NCBI GenBank assembly: GCA_963808895.1 | Contig: CAWEHL010000004.1 | Span: 392,277 to 456,276, forward strand | Origin: an uncultured Chloroflexia bacterium | GTDB taxonomy: Bacteria > Chloroflexota > Limnocylindria > Limnocylindrales > CSP1-4 | Direction of reading: 5' to 3' | Length of the DNA: 64,000 nt | Shown here: piece after piece, positions 46,579 through 56,710 of the stretch | Position numbering within the stretch: the first letter of the stretch is position 1 | How the letters are laid out: every line of letters begins with the position of its first letter | The notes under the pieces: generated by a model | The model's input: the letters and a program-made list of their open reading frames with translations, nothing else | The model's database searches: none | Told to the model about the DNA's origin: nothing | Translations under genes and position numbers: made by a program

Positions 46579-47235
46579 TGGCGGCGGCGAAGGCGACCGA
46601 CGACGAGGGCCTCCGACGCCTCGGTGGCGGTCGATGGCAGACCCGAGACGAGCGATTCACGATCGAGCCGCAGTCGGGCACCTGGGCCATCGTCGACGCG
46701 GAGCAGACCGACGAGCTGGGTCTGCCCCTCGTCCGCGGCCCATACGCGACGCTGACGGCGGCCAAGGCCGCCATCGCCGATGCACGCGGATCGGCAGCCC
46801 CGACGTCGCCGCTTGAAGGATCGCCCCACGGCGGTCGCCAAGACGAGCGGTTCGTCATCCACGGCGCCACCGAGCAGCGCAGCGACGAAGGCCGCGAAAC
46901 CGAAGGAACCGCAGGAACCCGAGGAGCCGCGCTGGTTCCGCGACCTGGAGCCTGACGGGCGGCGACGCGCCGCGAAGCTGATCGACCGGCTGACGGCCGC
47001 CGGCGTCGACGACGCGGAGAACCTCGTCCGGCGCGACCTGGTCGGCGAGGTGCCCGCCGTGGCGGCCTACGCGATCGGTCGCGCCGTCCGCGGGCTCGGC
47101 GACGATCCAAGTCCTGCCGATATCGCGGAACTGCTCAGCGAGGGACGGGACGGCGAGCTCGGTGTGCGCTGGCGGTTGGTCGATGAGGACGGGCGGGCGA
47201 TCAGGCTCGAGCGACGCGACATCCAGGGCGGATGA
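46578..47235 (+). CDS. Hypothetical protein; one +1 frame break near 46810
   Basis: TGATG overlap with the peptidase stop. MAAAKATDDEGLRRLGGGRWQTRDERFTIEPQSGTWAIVDAEQ... continues in ORF 46780..47235 (...RWFRDLEPDGRRRAAKLIDRLTAAGVDDAENLV...). I recognised no family. Confidence 0.45.
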
Positions 47236-48122
47236 TCGATCGGTCCGCGTACGAGCTCGAGGTCGACGAGGCGTTCGAGGGGCCGAAGCTCGACCAGCGT
47301 CTGTGGCTTACCCACTACCTGCCGCACTGGAGCTCGCGCTCGGCGACGCGAGCCCGATATGACGTCGGGGGAGGGGAGCTTCGCCTCCGGATCGACGCCG
47401 ACCAGCCGGCGTGGAACCCCGAGAAGGACGGCTGGATCCGGGCGTCCGCTCTGCAGACCGGGCAGTTCGCCGGACCGGTCGGCAGCCGCAGCGGACAGCT
47501 GCAGTTCACCGATGGGCTCGTCGTCCGCGAGGCCCAGCCGGTCGCGGCGCTGTACACGCCGACATACGGCCTGCTCGAGGTCCGGCTGCGAGCGGTCGCG
47601 GACCCGGCGAACATGGTCGCGCTCTGGATGATCGGGTTCGAGGATGTGCCCGAACGATCCGGCGAGATCTGCATCTGCGAGATCTTCGGACGGGATGTCG
47701 GCGCAGGGACGTCACGGATCGGCGTGGGCGTCCATCCGTGGGCGGACCCGCGGCTACGCGACGACTTCGAGCAGGTGCCCGTCGATATCGATGCGCGCGA
47801 GCCGCATTGGTACGCCGCCGAGTGGCGCCCGGGCACGGTCGGCTTCTACGTCGACGAGCAGCTCGTCAAGGTCGTCGATGGGGCGCCGACGTACCCGATG
47901 CAGTCGATGCTGACGCTCTACGAGTTCGGCGACGGCCCCGAGCCGCTGTCACCGGCCGACGAGTACCCGAAGATCGCGATCGTCGAGCGGTTCCGCGGGT
48001 GGAGACCCGTCAGCGGCCCCGGCGCTCGGCCATCCGCGTTCCCGATCGGCAAGACCGGAGCGCCGGCTACTCGCGCGTCAGCGGCCACACGATCTGGGTC
48101 CGGAGCGTTGCAGGGTCGCTGA
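47232..48122 (+). CDS. Concanavalin A-like / glycoside hydrolase family 16-like beta-sandwich protein
   Basis: ALWMIGFEDVPERSGEICICEIFG resembles the GH16 W....GEIDI(x)E..G strand, with Cys in place of the middle Asp. ATGA overlap with the previous gene. The last ~55 nt overlap the convergent gene. Confidence 0.5.
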   Translation: MIDRSAYELEVDEAFEGPKLDQRLWLTHYLPHWSSRSATRARYDVGGGELRLRIDADQPAWNPEKDGWIRASALQTGQFAGPVGSRSGQLQFTDGLVVREAQPVAALYTPTYGLLEVRLRAVADPANMVALWMIGFEDVPERSGEICICEIFGRDVGAGTSRIGVGVHPWADPRLRDDFEQVPVDIDAREPHWYAAEWRPGTVGFYVDEQLVKVVDGAPTYPMQSMLTLYEFGDGPEPLSPADEYPKIAIVERFRGWRPVSGPGARPSAFPIGKTGAPATRASAATRSGSGALQGR

Positions 48123-48562
48123 CCGACCGCATGTCGTCGACGTACGACTCCCACGCGCCGACGCCATCGTCGTACCCCGGCTGGGCATGGATCCACTCGT
48201 GCAACGCGTCGTAGGTGCCACTCAGGCCGTCGTATGACCCGAGATGGGTGGTCCGTGCCACGGGGCCGCCGGGAAGCTCGGACCGCCCGACCTCGCCGGG
48301 CGCGCATCCCTCGAGCGCGGGTAGATCCGGCGACGACACCGACCGGGAAGCCGATCTCGACGTCCACGACGTCCGGGCCGAACCGGTGATACCGGCCGAA
48401 GGGCGGCCCCGCGATGCTCCCGCCGGCAGCGACGATGCGCGCTGCCACGAGCGGGATGCCCTGGTCGAACGCTGACGCAAGGTCGAGCTCGGCCATCGGC
48501 TGTACGACACGGATCGCGGCGGTCGGCTGGGGCTCGAGCTCGAGGATCTCGGGTTCGGTCAT
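48067..48562 (-). CDS. GyrI-like small-molecule-binding domain protein; one +1 frame break near 48332
   Basis: MTEPEILELEPQPTAAIRVVQPMAELDLASAFDQGIPLVAARI..GPPFGRYHRFGPDVVDVEIGFPVGVV (ORF 47918..48562) continues as PDLPALEGC..ELPGGPVARTTHLGSYDGLSGTYDALHEWIHAQ (ORF 48067..48510). Confidence 0.7.
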
Positions 48563-48665
48563 GGGATCTGCGTCTCCTCCACGACCGAAGTATGCGCGGT
48601 TCGTCGTTGATGCCCCGTTAACGAGTCGTTCCTAGAGTCGCCCTGTCTTGCACGAGAGGAGGCTC

Positions 48666-49082
48666 ATGATCGCCGGCACGATGACCCTGCGCGACATCCC
48701 GCTCTTTGCGACCAGCAGCGATCGAACCCTCGAGATCATCACCAGCATCGCGCACGAGACCTCGTACCCCGCCGGGGCCGTGCTCGTACGTGAGGGTGAC
48801 ATCGGTGACTCGCTGATCGTCATCCGAAGCGGCTCGGCGACCGTGCGGCAAGCGGGCCGCGAGCTGCCCGGGCTTGGCGCGGGCGATTTCCTCGGCGAGA
48901 TCGCGCTGATCGACGGCGGCGCGCGGACGGCGACCGTCACTGCCGCCGAGCCGATCGAAGCGCTCGTGATCGACAAGGACGGGTTCGCGCGTCTGATGGA
49001 GGAGTTCCCGGTCATCCGCTATGACCTGATCAGCGCGCTCACCCGACGGCTACGGGCTCGAGGCGCCGAGCCGACCGACTGA
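48666..49082 (+). CDS. Stand-alone cyclic-nucleotide-binding (CAP effector) domain protein
   Basis: LRDIPLFATSSDRTLEIITSIAHETSYPAGAVLVREGDIGDSLIVIRSGSATV...GDFLGEIALIDGGARTATVTA. No HTH follows. ATG 48666 comes after GAGAGGAGG. Confidence 0.85.
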   Translation: MIAGTMTLRDIPLFATSSDRTLEIITSIAHETSYPAGAVLVREGDIGDSLIVIRSGSATVRQAGRELPGLGAGDFLGEIALIDGGARTATVTAAEPIEALVIDKDGFARLMEEFPVIRYDLISALTRRLRARGAEPTD

Positions 49083-49086
49083 TCGG

Positions 49087-50742
49087 TCAGCCGCGAGCGC
49101 AGCCGCGGAGCACGTCCGCGGTCGAGGCCGCGAGGCGGCGACGAGCCTCCTCCAGACGATCGAGCGGGGCGAGCCCGCGCTGGATGACCTCGTCGTGGAT
49201 CGACTCGCCGACGCTGGCGCGCACCCCACGCGCCCAGCGCCGCCCGACCCAGCCAGCGTGGAGCCCGAGCAGCCGGGCCAGGAGATAGCCGATCAGGATG
49301 CTCACCAGCAACACCGCGAACGGCATCGGGACCGCGCCGATGATCGGGACATCGACGCTGTCGACGATGGGCCGGGCCAGGATCCAGACCACGACCCAGG
49401 CGGCCGAGACGGCGATGGCGATCGCCGCCAGCGTCTGGAGCAGACCCAGGAACCACCACCATCGACTGGTCGGCGGTTCGAGGCGGTCCAGGCCGGCGAT
49501 CCCGCGGTCGACGGCGCGCTCCAACCCCTCGCGCAGCGGGACCGGCTCCATCGTGGCGGCGAGGGCGGGCCGGACGCCCGGGCTGGCGTCGGTGAGCGCG
49601 GCACCCAACGCGATCCGCAACGATTCGACGGCCGGTGACAGCGGCGCCCGCTCCCGCCAGCGGAGCATGTGGCCGGTCGGGTCGGCGACCTTCGTGTCGC
49701 GCCCCGACGCACGATAGATCAGGGAGGTCAGCCGACCCATCGGCCCGGTGCCCTTCGCGCGCGCGCGAGCACGGGTCGCGGCGACCGCGTGCCGTTCGAG
49801 TCCGGGCAGGTCGATCGCCCGCAGCACGGCCGCCGTCGCGTCATCGATCGCGGCCGTCCGCGCCTTGTCGGCGAGGAACGGGGCCACGTCGCGCCCTGGT
49901 GCGATGCCGGCGTCGCGCGCCAGGTCCCGCGCCGACTCGACGACGGACGCAGCCACACGCGCGCGGACCACGGCCTTCGCGGCGGCGCCGTCGGCGAGCC
50001 AGGCACGGAACTCATCGAGGTCCGGCGTCGGTGTCGCGGTCGTCATCAGGACCGGGACGGGCGGCTGATCCGAGACAGTCAGACGCTGCCCGAGGTCGCG
50101 TTCGAGGTCGTGGCGGATACGGGGTCGGTCGCCGTCGGTCAGCCGATCCGCCTTGTTCACGACCACCGCCTGTCGATCCAGGCGGGGGATCCATGTCCGC
50201 AGGAAGCCGTCATGGAGGATCGCGTCGTGGTACTTCTCGAGGTCCGTGACCCAGGCGACGGCATCGACGAGCGGGAGCAGCGCCTCGACGCGCTCGCGGT
50301 GGGTGCCGACGACCGAATCCATGTCGGGCAGGTCGAGGATCGCCACCGAGCGAAGCGCCTCTGACCCGTGCTCGCGCACCTCGGACACGCCCAGCCACTC
50401 GAGGAGCGGACTGAGCCCCTCGCGATCAGCATCAGGGACCCACGCGACCGGCTCGGCGGTCGTCGGTCGCCGGGCCGACGCACGGCTCACCGTCGCGCCG
50501 GCCAGCGCGTTGAGGAGGCTCGATTTCCCGACACCGGTACCGCCGACCAGTGCGAGCACGTAGGCATCAGAGGGGAACCCGAGGCGTCGGATCCCGTCGG
50601 CGTGCACGTCACGAGCTGTCACGGTCGGGATGCCGAGGACGTCGGCCGCCTCGATCGCCTGCAGCAGTGAGGCGAGGCAGCGCAGGAGGGCGTCATCGGC
50701 ATCCTCGAGCGGCGGGGCCGTCGAGCCGCCGGTCGCTGCCAT
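49087..50742 (-). CDS. P-loop GTPase (dynamin/HSR1-like) with C-terminal TM segments
   Basis: G1: LVGGTGVGKSSLLNALAG. G3-like: ILDLPDMDS. G4: VVNKADR. C-terminal hydrophobic helices: WWWFLGLLQTLAAIAIAVSAAWVVVWIL and IIGAVPMPFAVLLVSILIGYLLARLL. Confidence 0.75.
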   Translation of the reverse strand: MAATGGSTAPPLEDADDALLRCLASLLQAIEAADVLGIPTVTARDVHADGIRRLGFPSDAYVLALVGGTGVGKSSLLNALAGATVSRASARRPTTAEPVAWVPDADREGLSPLLEWLGVSEVREHGSEALRSVAILDLPDMDSVVGTHRERVEALLPLVDAVAWVTDLEKYHDAILHDGFLRTWIPRLDRQAVVVNKADRLTDGDRPRIRHDLERDLGQRLTVSDQPPVPVLMTTATPTPDLDEFRAWLADGAAAKAVVRARVAASVVESARDLARDAGIAPGRDVAPFLADKARTAAIDDATAAVLRAIDLPGLERHAVAATRARARAKGTGPMGRLTSLIYRASGRDTKVADPTGHMLRWRERAPLSPAVESLRIALGAALTDASPGVRPALAATMEPVPLREGLERAVDRGIAGLDRLEPPTSRWWWFLGLLQTLAAIAIAVSAAWVVVWILARPIVDSVDVPIIGAVPMPFAVLLVSILIGYLLARLLGLHAGWVGRRWARGVRASVGESIHDEVIQRGLAPLDRLEEARRRLAASTADVLRGCARG

Positions 50743-52453
50743 CAGGTGGGTTCCGGAAGGGCACGGACGTCTGCGGCAGCGGCCCGCAGGTCCGCGGCGA
50801 GCGCCGACAGGACGCCCGCCTCGGGGAGCAGCGCATCGAACCTGGCTCGCTCCTCATCGAAGGTCGTCGATAGCGCCTCGTCGAGCCGCTGCTTGGCGTG
50901 AGCGACGAGCTCGACCATGGCGGCCTCACCGAACAGCGCCGCCAGCACCTTCTGATTGAGGAACGCGGTGGCCGCCGCGACCCCGAGCTCGGCACCAGTG
51001 AGTCCGCCCGTGTGGATGAACGTGGCGAGCATCACCCCCGTGCCCATGGCGTTGACGCCGACCGCGGCGCCGCGCGCGAGCATCCGCTTGGGCCGGCCGC
51101 TCGCCTGGATCTCCTCCGTGATGCCCTCGATCCAGCGCTCGAGGCGCTCCTCCAGACGACGATCGAAATCGGGGGAGGGCACCCACAGGCCGGGCTGCTC
51201 GGCGAGCGCGCGACTCGCGACCGGCGTCTCGGACCACGAGGTCGCTGTCCGCCGAGCCGCCTCGGCCGCCTGCAAGCGCGCGACGGCCGTCAGGTCTTCG
51301 GTCGTCGCGGCACGGACCTCGGCGACCGGGCGCCGTCGCCGGCCGCAGGACCGCGGCGATCGCGCCACGGAGCCGCCCGATCCCCTCGGAGAAGAAGCGG
51401 GTCATCTCGATCGGCGCCGACGAACGTCTGCCACTGACGGAGCGCTTCCTCCCTGAGGAAGGTGCCGCGGGCGACCTCGTGGCGGAGACCCTCGAGCGCC
51501 GTCTCGTATGCCCGGTCGGCGATCCGACGCAACGCCTCGACGTCGATGGACTCGTGGTCGGCGTCGTCGGCGATCTGGTCGATCGACTCGCCCAGGCCCG
51601 TCAGCGATCCCGTCAGGGCGCGCGCGGCGAGCGCGACCCGCGCATCGTGATCGGCACGCAACCGCGCGATCTCGCTCAGTACCGGCGCGATCGCGCCTGT
51701 GGCCAGCCGATCGCCGGCCGGATCGAGCGCGCCCTCCGCCACGGTGACGATCTCCCGTGCCGGGCCGTCCTCGACCCCGGACTGCGCCTCATCAAGCCCG
51801 GCCTCGCTGAGCAGACGGCGGACGTCGGCAAGGATGTCGGCCCGGTCCGACGGGTCCGGCGGCATCCGGTTCACGATGACCTGCAGCGGGAGACCCCGCT
51901 CACGCACGCGGTCCAGGACCCCCCACGGCACGCGGTCCGCGTAGCGAGTCGCGGTCGTCACGAACAGAGCGAGATCGGCGGCCTCGATCAGACGGTCGGT
52001 GAGGTCGCGGTTCGCGTGCTCGATCGAATCGATATCCGGAGCGTCGACGAGGACGAGTCCCCGCTCGATCGTCGCGTCCTCGACGAACCGGACCAGCGAC
52101 GGCGGGATCCGAGCGAACGTCCCCTCGGCAAGGCCGACGCGATCGTCGGGGTGGACGAGGACGACCGCGACGCGTGTCGTCGGGCGCAGGACACCGGTCT
52201 CGCTCGCAGCGCGACCGGCGATCGTGTTGAAGACCGTGCTCTTGCCGGCGCCCGTGGGTCCGACGAGGACCACGAGCAACGGAGCCTCGAGCGACGCCGC
52301 CCGGACCCGCACATGCCCGGCCAGGTGGTCGGCGAGACGGGTGGCCCGCGTCGATGCCGCTTCGCTCCGCGGTCGCGTCGCCAGTCGCCGATCAGCGAGC
52401 GCGTCCAGCCGCTCGACGAGGGCGCGCAGTTCGGCGGGGGCAGTCCCGTTCAT
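50742..52453 (-). CDS. P-loop GTPase (dynamin/HSR1-like), partner of the downstream GTPase; two +1 frame breaks near 51412 and 51343
   Basis: G1: LVGPTGAGKSTVFNTIAG. G3-like: LVDAPDIDS. The gene spans ORFs 51290..52453, 50926..51405 (MTRFFSEGIGRLRGAIAAVLR) and 50742..51368. The stop overlaps the next start (TGATG). 1712 nt = 570 codons + 2. Confidence 0.7.
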
Positions 52454-52536
52454 CCTCCCACCCTACCCGCGTCGTGCGGTGGCTGTGGAGTTTCCGAGCG
52501 GGATGCCTCCCGTCGCAGGCGGCTTTCAGCCGCCGT

Positions 52537-53374
52537 TCACGGGACGGAGATCACGACCTCGAGGTACTCGCTCGGCACGACCATCGTGCCGTCGTCGGCC
52601 GCGTTGAACCGGCCGATGAGCTCGAGCATGTCGGCCTCGAGCGCCTCGCGGCCTGACTCGCCCACGGCCTCGAACGCCTTGAGCGTCGGCCCGTAGAACG
52701 TGCGCCAGTACTCGATGTAGTGCTCCGGCGAGCGGTCGCGGAAGGTGTAGAACCGCTTCTCCGCCTTCAGGTCGGCGATCTGTGCCGTTGAAGAGCTCGC
52801 GCAGCCGGGCTTCGGTGCCCCATTGGATCGGTGAGCGCAGACCGGCCGGCGGCGGCGCGTGCTTCGCGATCACCTTGAACAGGTTGCCGATGAATCCATC
52901 GGGGGTATGCGCGACGATGCCGATGCGGCCGCCCGGCTTCACCACGCGCGCGAGTTCCGAGGCCGTCTTCTCCTGGTCAGGCGCGAACATCGACCCGAAG
53001 ACCGAGCTCACGACGTCGAAGCTCGCATCCGGGAACGGGAGCGCCTCGGCATCGCCCTCGACGAACTCGACGGGAAGTCCCTCGGCATCGGCCCGTCGGC
53101 GTGCTCGCTCGAGCAGGGCAGGGACGTAGTCGACGCCGGTCACGTCGCATCCCCGACGCGCCGCCGCGAGCGCCGCGTTGCCGCTGCCGGTCGCGACGTC
53201 GAGGACGCGCTCCGTCGAATGGACGTCGAGCGCCTCGATCAGCAGCTCGGAGACGATCTGGATCTGCGTCCCGATCATGTGGTAGTCGCCGCTCGACCAG
53301 GTCGCCTGCTGGCGCGTCTTGATCGCTGCGAGGTCCGGCGTCGGCGCGGGGTCTACCGTGGTGCTGGTCGTCAT
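52537..53374 (-). CDS. Class I SAM-dependent methyltransferase; one +1 frame break near 52783
   Basis: VLDVATGSGNAALAAARRGCDVTGVDYVPALLERAR, VKPGGRIGIV. After RLRELFNG the sequence continues in another frame (QIADLKAEKRFYTFRDRSPEHYIEYWRTFYGPTLKAF...EYLEVVISVP) to TGA at 52537-52539. Confidence 0.8.
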
Positions 53375-53536
53375 ATCGTGCGATCTCCCTTCTGGACTGG
53401 GTGCGAACGAGCATCGGGCGAAAGAGAGACCGTCCGCATCTGCGGAAATCCCTATCTATAGGCGTGGCGCGTCGTCATCCTGTTCGAACTTCGCCTGAGC
53501 GAGCAGCCGGCTCTGCGGATGGGCGCTCGGTGACGG

Positions 53537-54226
53537 TCACGTCCGAACGACGGTATCAGCGCCGCGTCCGGGGACGCGCCGAAGTCGCGACGGATGCCGG
53601 AGCAGCGTGATCGCCGCCCCGAGGAGCGCACCGGACATCGTCTCCGCCAGATCGGTCATCGTGTCTTCGTAGGTGAGGTCCATACCGCGGGCACCGAGCT
53701 TGAGCCCGATCCATTCGCCGATCTCCCAGACGCCCGCGGCTGCCATCCCCGCGAGTGCCGCCACGCCGGCTGCCTCCCACGACGTGCGCGTGCGAGGCGT
53801 GGCGAGTGCGCCCACGACCGAGGCGAGGGTCGCCCCGTCGGCGAAATGGATCAGATCGTCGACGTGCGCGCGCTGGTAGATGCCGATCGCGTTGCCGCCG
53901 GCGTCGACGAGGAGGGGGAGCGTGATCGCCAGATCGATCTCGCGCGGATACGGCTGTGGTCGACCCTGGAGCCTCCAGACGAGCGGAACGGCGAGGAGTC
54001 CGCCTGCGTAGCCCAGGGCGCGGACCCGCATCGCCTTGCCGCTGTAGCGCGGCGCCGATGAATTCACCCAGGCATCGATGGCGAGGGCGATGACGGCTGC
54101 CTTGGCGGCGCTGATCGCGGCGATCCATACGACGTCCGCGGGCGTGGGCGGCGGCGTCGGGGGCTGCGATACAGCTGACGGAGACGCGGGCGCGGCGACG
54201 TTGGGCGGCGATGACAGCGACATCAT
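53537..54226 (-). CDS. Integral membrane protein, unknown function
   Basis: 229 aa with a Pro-rich N-terminus and several hydrophobic segments (VVWIAAISAAKAAVIALAIDAW; LGYAGGLLAVPLVW; AGVAALAGMAAAGVWEIGEWIG). Confidence 0.55.
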   Translation of the reverse strand: MMSLSSPPNVAAPASPSAVSQPPTPPPTPADVVWIAAISAAKAAVIALAIDAWVNSSAPRYSGKAMRVRALGYAGGLLAVPLVWRLQGRPQPYPREIDLAITLPLLVDAGGNAIGIYQRAHVDDLIHFADGATLASVVGALATPRTRTSWEAAGVAALAGMAAAGVWEIGEWIGLKLGARGMDLTYEDTMTDLAETMSGALLGAAITLLRHPSRLRRVPGRGADTVVRT

Positions 54227-54343
54227 GGCTATGGTGCCGCATCCTGCCTCTCGACGACCTCAAGGCGGCCGCGAGGCGGCTGCAAGCCCGCCGACACATG
54301 TCGCACGGCGCCGACGTTCTGAAGTCCGTGCCAGCCTTGCTGG

Positions 54344-55348
54344 ATGGCCGATGCCCCCGAGCCGGACGTTGATGCGCCCCAGCCGGACGTTGATGCGCCC
54401 CAGCCGGACCTTCGGCGACGCTTGCGCGATCGCTTCCTCCAGGGCGTGAAGGAACACGATGTTTCGGGTCTGTCCGCCGAGATCGCCTACCGGTTCCTGT
54501 TCGCCGTGTTCCCGTTCGGGCTGTTCGTCGCCGCGCTGGGGTCGTTCGTCGCCGTCTATTTCCACATCGACAACCCAGCCGACGAGGTCGTCCGCGCGCT
54601 CGGCGACAACCTGCCGCCGTCGATCGCCGAGGCGATCCGTCCCGAACTCCAGCACCTCCTCTCCTCGGCCCGTCCGGATCTGGTGAGCATCGGCGCGCTC
54701 GCCGCCTTGTGGGCCGCTACGGGCGGGGTCAACGCCGTCGTGAAGGGGATGCATCGCGCATACGAGGTGGACGAGATCCGCCCGTTCGTCATGCGCTACG
54801 TCGTGGCGGTCGGACTCACGCTGGTCGCCGCGGTCGTCATCGTCGGCTCGTTCGTCACCATCGTCGGAGGCGCCATGCTCACCGAACGCCTTGTCGGGCG
54901 GTTGGGTCTCGGGGAGGTCGCGAGCACCGTGCTGTGGTGGCTGCGCTGGCCGGCGCTGTTCTTCGCGCTGACCGGCGCCGTCGCGATCATGTATCGCTAT
55001 GGTCCGAGTGTGGCCGTCCCGTGGCGCTGGGTCCTGGCCGGCGCCGCGGCATTCGCGGCCGGATGGCTCGTCGTGACGGCGTTGCTCGGGTACTACGTCG
55101 GCCATGTCGCGGATTACGGCGCGACCTACGGGTCCCTCGGCGCCGTGATCGTGCTCATGACGTGGCTCTACGTCACAGCGGCGTTGCTGATGCTGGGCGC
55201 CGAGGTCACGGCGTCGCTGGCCCACGAACTGACGCCCGACGCGATACGCCGGCGAGGTGAGGAGGAGGCGGTCGCCCATGCGGTCGGTGGCGCTGCCGAC
55301 GAGCTGCGCGACGGCGTCGAGACCGCGAGGCGCCGCGTCACCTCCTAG
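54344..55348 (+). CDS. YihY/BrkB family membrane protein
   Basis: SGLSAEIAYRFLFAVFPFGLFVAALGSF...YRYGP...YGSLGAVIVLMTWLYVTAALLMLGAEV is the typical YihY signature. Confidence 0.85.
   Translation: MADAPEPDVDAPQPDVDAPQPDLRRRLRDRFLQGVKEHDVSGLSAEIAYRFLFAVFPFGLFVAALGSFVAVYFHIDNPADEVVRALGDNLPPSIAEAIRPELQHLLSSARPDLVSIGALAALWAATGGVNAVVKGMHRAYEVDEIRPFVMRYVVAVGLTLVAAVVIVGSFVTIVGGAMLTERLVGRLGLGEVASTVLWWLRWPALFFALTGAVAIMYRYGPSVAVPWRWVLAGAAAFAAGWLVVTALLGYYVGHVADYGATYGSLGAVIVLMTWLYVTAALLMLGAEVTASLAHELTPDAIRRRGEEEAVAHAVGGAADELRDGVETARRRVTS
54356..54410 (+). repeat. In-frame 21-nt tandem repeat (~2.6 copies) at the 5' end of the YihY-family gene
   Basis: CCCGAGCCGGACGTTGATGCG / CCCCAGCCGGACGTTGATGCG / CCCCAGCCGGAC..., encoding PEPDVDA PQPDVDA PQPD. 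Confidence 0.8.
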
Positions 55349-55461
55349 GGCTTCGAGGGGCGTCTCGGGCGATCGTCAGCGACGGCGCAAGCCGGCAAGC
55401 GGCCACACGGGGAGCGGCGACCCGTGGCCGGGCCGTAGCATCGACGTCAGCAGGAGGGCTG

Positions 55462-56001
55462 ATGTCGGAAACGACGTTGCCGGACGAGAACCCCATGACG
55501 GCCGACTCGATCTCCCACGACGAGGGGCATCGACAGGCGCGCGTGCGGGAGGGCCTGACGATGGCCCTCTATATCGGGCTGTCCTTGCTCGCGGTGATGG
55601 TCGCGCTCCCGCGCAACGTGACGGCCTCCCTCGAACCGCACCCAGCGGTGGCGCTGTTCCTGACCTCGATCTCGCTGCTGATCGCGCACCAGCTCGCGTT
55701 CCGCCTCTCGGCCCGCCTGGCGCACCAGGGCGCGCTCGGCGCCGAGCACCTCGACCTGCTCGCGGCGCAGGTCGTCGGCGGCCTCGCCGTCACGGCCGTC
55801 GCGGTGATCCCGGTCATCCTCTTCGAGGGCAGGACGGGCGTCGTGATCGCCGAGCTCGCGTTGCTCGCGTTCATCGCCGTCGTCGGTTATGCATCGGCCA
55901 GGACGATCCATGTCAGTCGGGTCCGCGCCCTGTTGTCCGTGCTTGGCGTCATCGCCCTCGTGCTCGTGGTGCTCTGGATCAAGGAGCTCGTACACCATTG
56001 A
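55462..56001 (+). CDS. Integral membrane protein, unknown function
   Basis: 179 aa with 4-5 hydrophobic helices (LYIGLSLLAVMVAL; VALFLTSISLLIAHQLAF; VVGGLAVTAVAVIPVILF; LALLAFIAVVGYA; LLSVLGVIALVLVVLWI). Confidence 0.55.
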   Translation: MSETTLPDENPMTADSISHDEGHRQARVREGLTMALYIGLSLLAVMVALPRNVTASLEPHPAVALFLTSISLLIAHQLAFRLSARLAHQGALGAEHLDLLAAQVVGGLAVTAVAVIPVILFEGRTGVVIAELALLAFIAVVGYASARTIHVSRVRALLSVLGVIALVLVVLWIKELVHH

Positions 56002-56083
56002 CCGGCGTATCAGCCACCTGCAACGCCTTCCCGGCGCGTGTGCGTGGCGTTCGCGTCCTCCGACGCGTGAGTCTTGGTCCGTC

Positions 56084-56710
56084 ATGACGCTCGAGACCTA
56101 CCGTCGAAAGCGGCGGTTCGACGAGACACCTGAACCGCCGGGCGCGGAGGTGCCGTCGCCGGCGAGCGAGGGGAAGGCCGGGGGTCGCTTCGTCGTGCAG
56201 CGGCACCGGGCGACCCGGCTCCACTACGACGTCCGTCTGGAGCTCGGCGGCGTCCTCGTGTCGTGGGCGGTGCCGCGCGGGCCCTCCCTCGACCCCGAAG
56301 CGCGTCGGCTGGCCATCCACGTCGAGGATCACCCGATCGACTACTTCGACTTCGAGGGCGTCATCCCCGGAAAGCAGTACGGCGCCGGAGACGTCATCGT
56401 GTGGGACTGGGGGACGTGGCTCGCCGATCCCGACACGGCCGACGCCGCCAGAGCGATCCGGGATGGCGAGCTGAAGTTCACGCTCGATGGCGAGAAGCTG
56501 CACGGCGCATTCGTGCTGGTGCGCATGCGCTGGACCGACTCGCCGAAGGACCAATGGCTGATGATCCACCGGCGCGATCGATACGCCGCGAAAGGCTGGG
56601 ACGCTGAGGACTTTCCGGCGAGCGTCAAGTCGGGCCGGACCAACGACGAGGTGGCCGCGCGTGTCAGACCGAAGCGCCGCGCCCGAAAGCCGGCGAGGGC
56701 GGTGGCATGA
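56084..56710 (+). CDS. Stand-alone LigD 3'-phosphoesterase (PE) domain protein
   Basis: YRRKRRFDETPEP...RFVVQRHRATRLHYDVRLELGGVLVSWAVPRGPSLDP..RLAIHVEDHPIDYFDFEGVIP..YGAGDVIVWDWG. ATG 56084 lies inside ORF 55889..56710. Confidence 0.85.
   Translation: MTLETYRRKRRFDETPEPPGAEVPSPASEGKAGGRFVVQRHRATRLHYDVRLELGGVLVSWAVPRGPSLDPEARRLAIHVEDHPIDYFDFEGVIPGKQYGAGDVIVWDWGTWLADPDTADAARAIRDGELKFTLDGEKLHGAFVLVRMRWTDSPKDQWLMIHRRDRYAAKGWDAEDFPASVKSGRTNDEVAARVRPKRRARKPARAVA

Noticed and set aside
54356-54410. A CRISPR-like array, considered for the short tandem repeats here and at 1383-1525.
   Set aside because: The repeats are directly adjacent with no spacers, lie in frame within coding sequence, and have at most three copies. 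No cas genes are present in the window.
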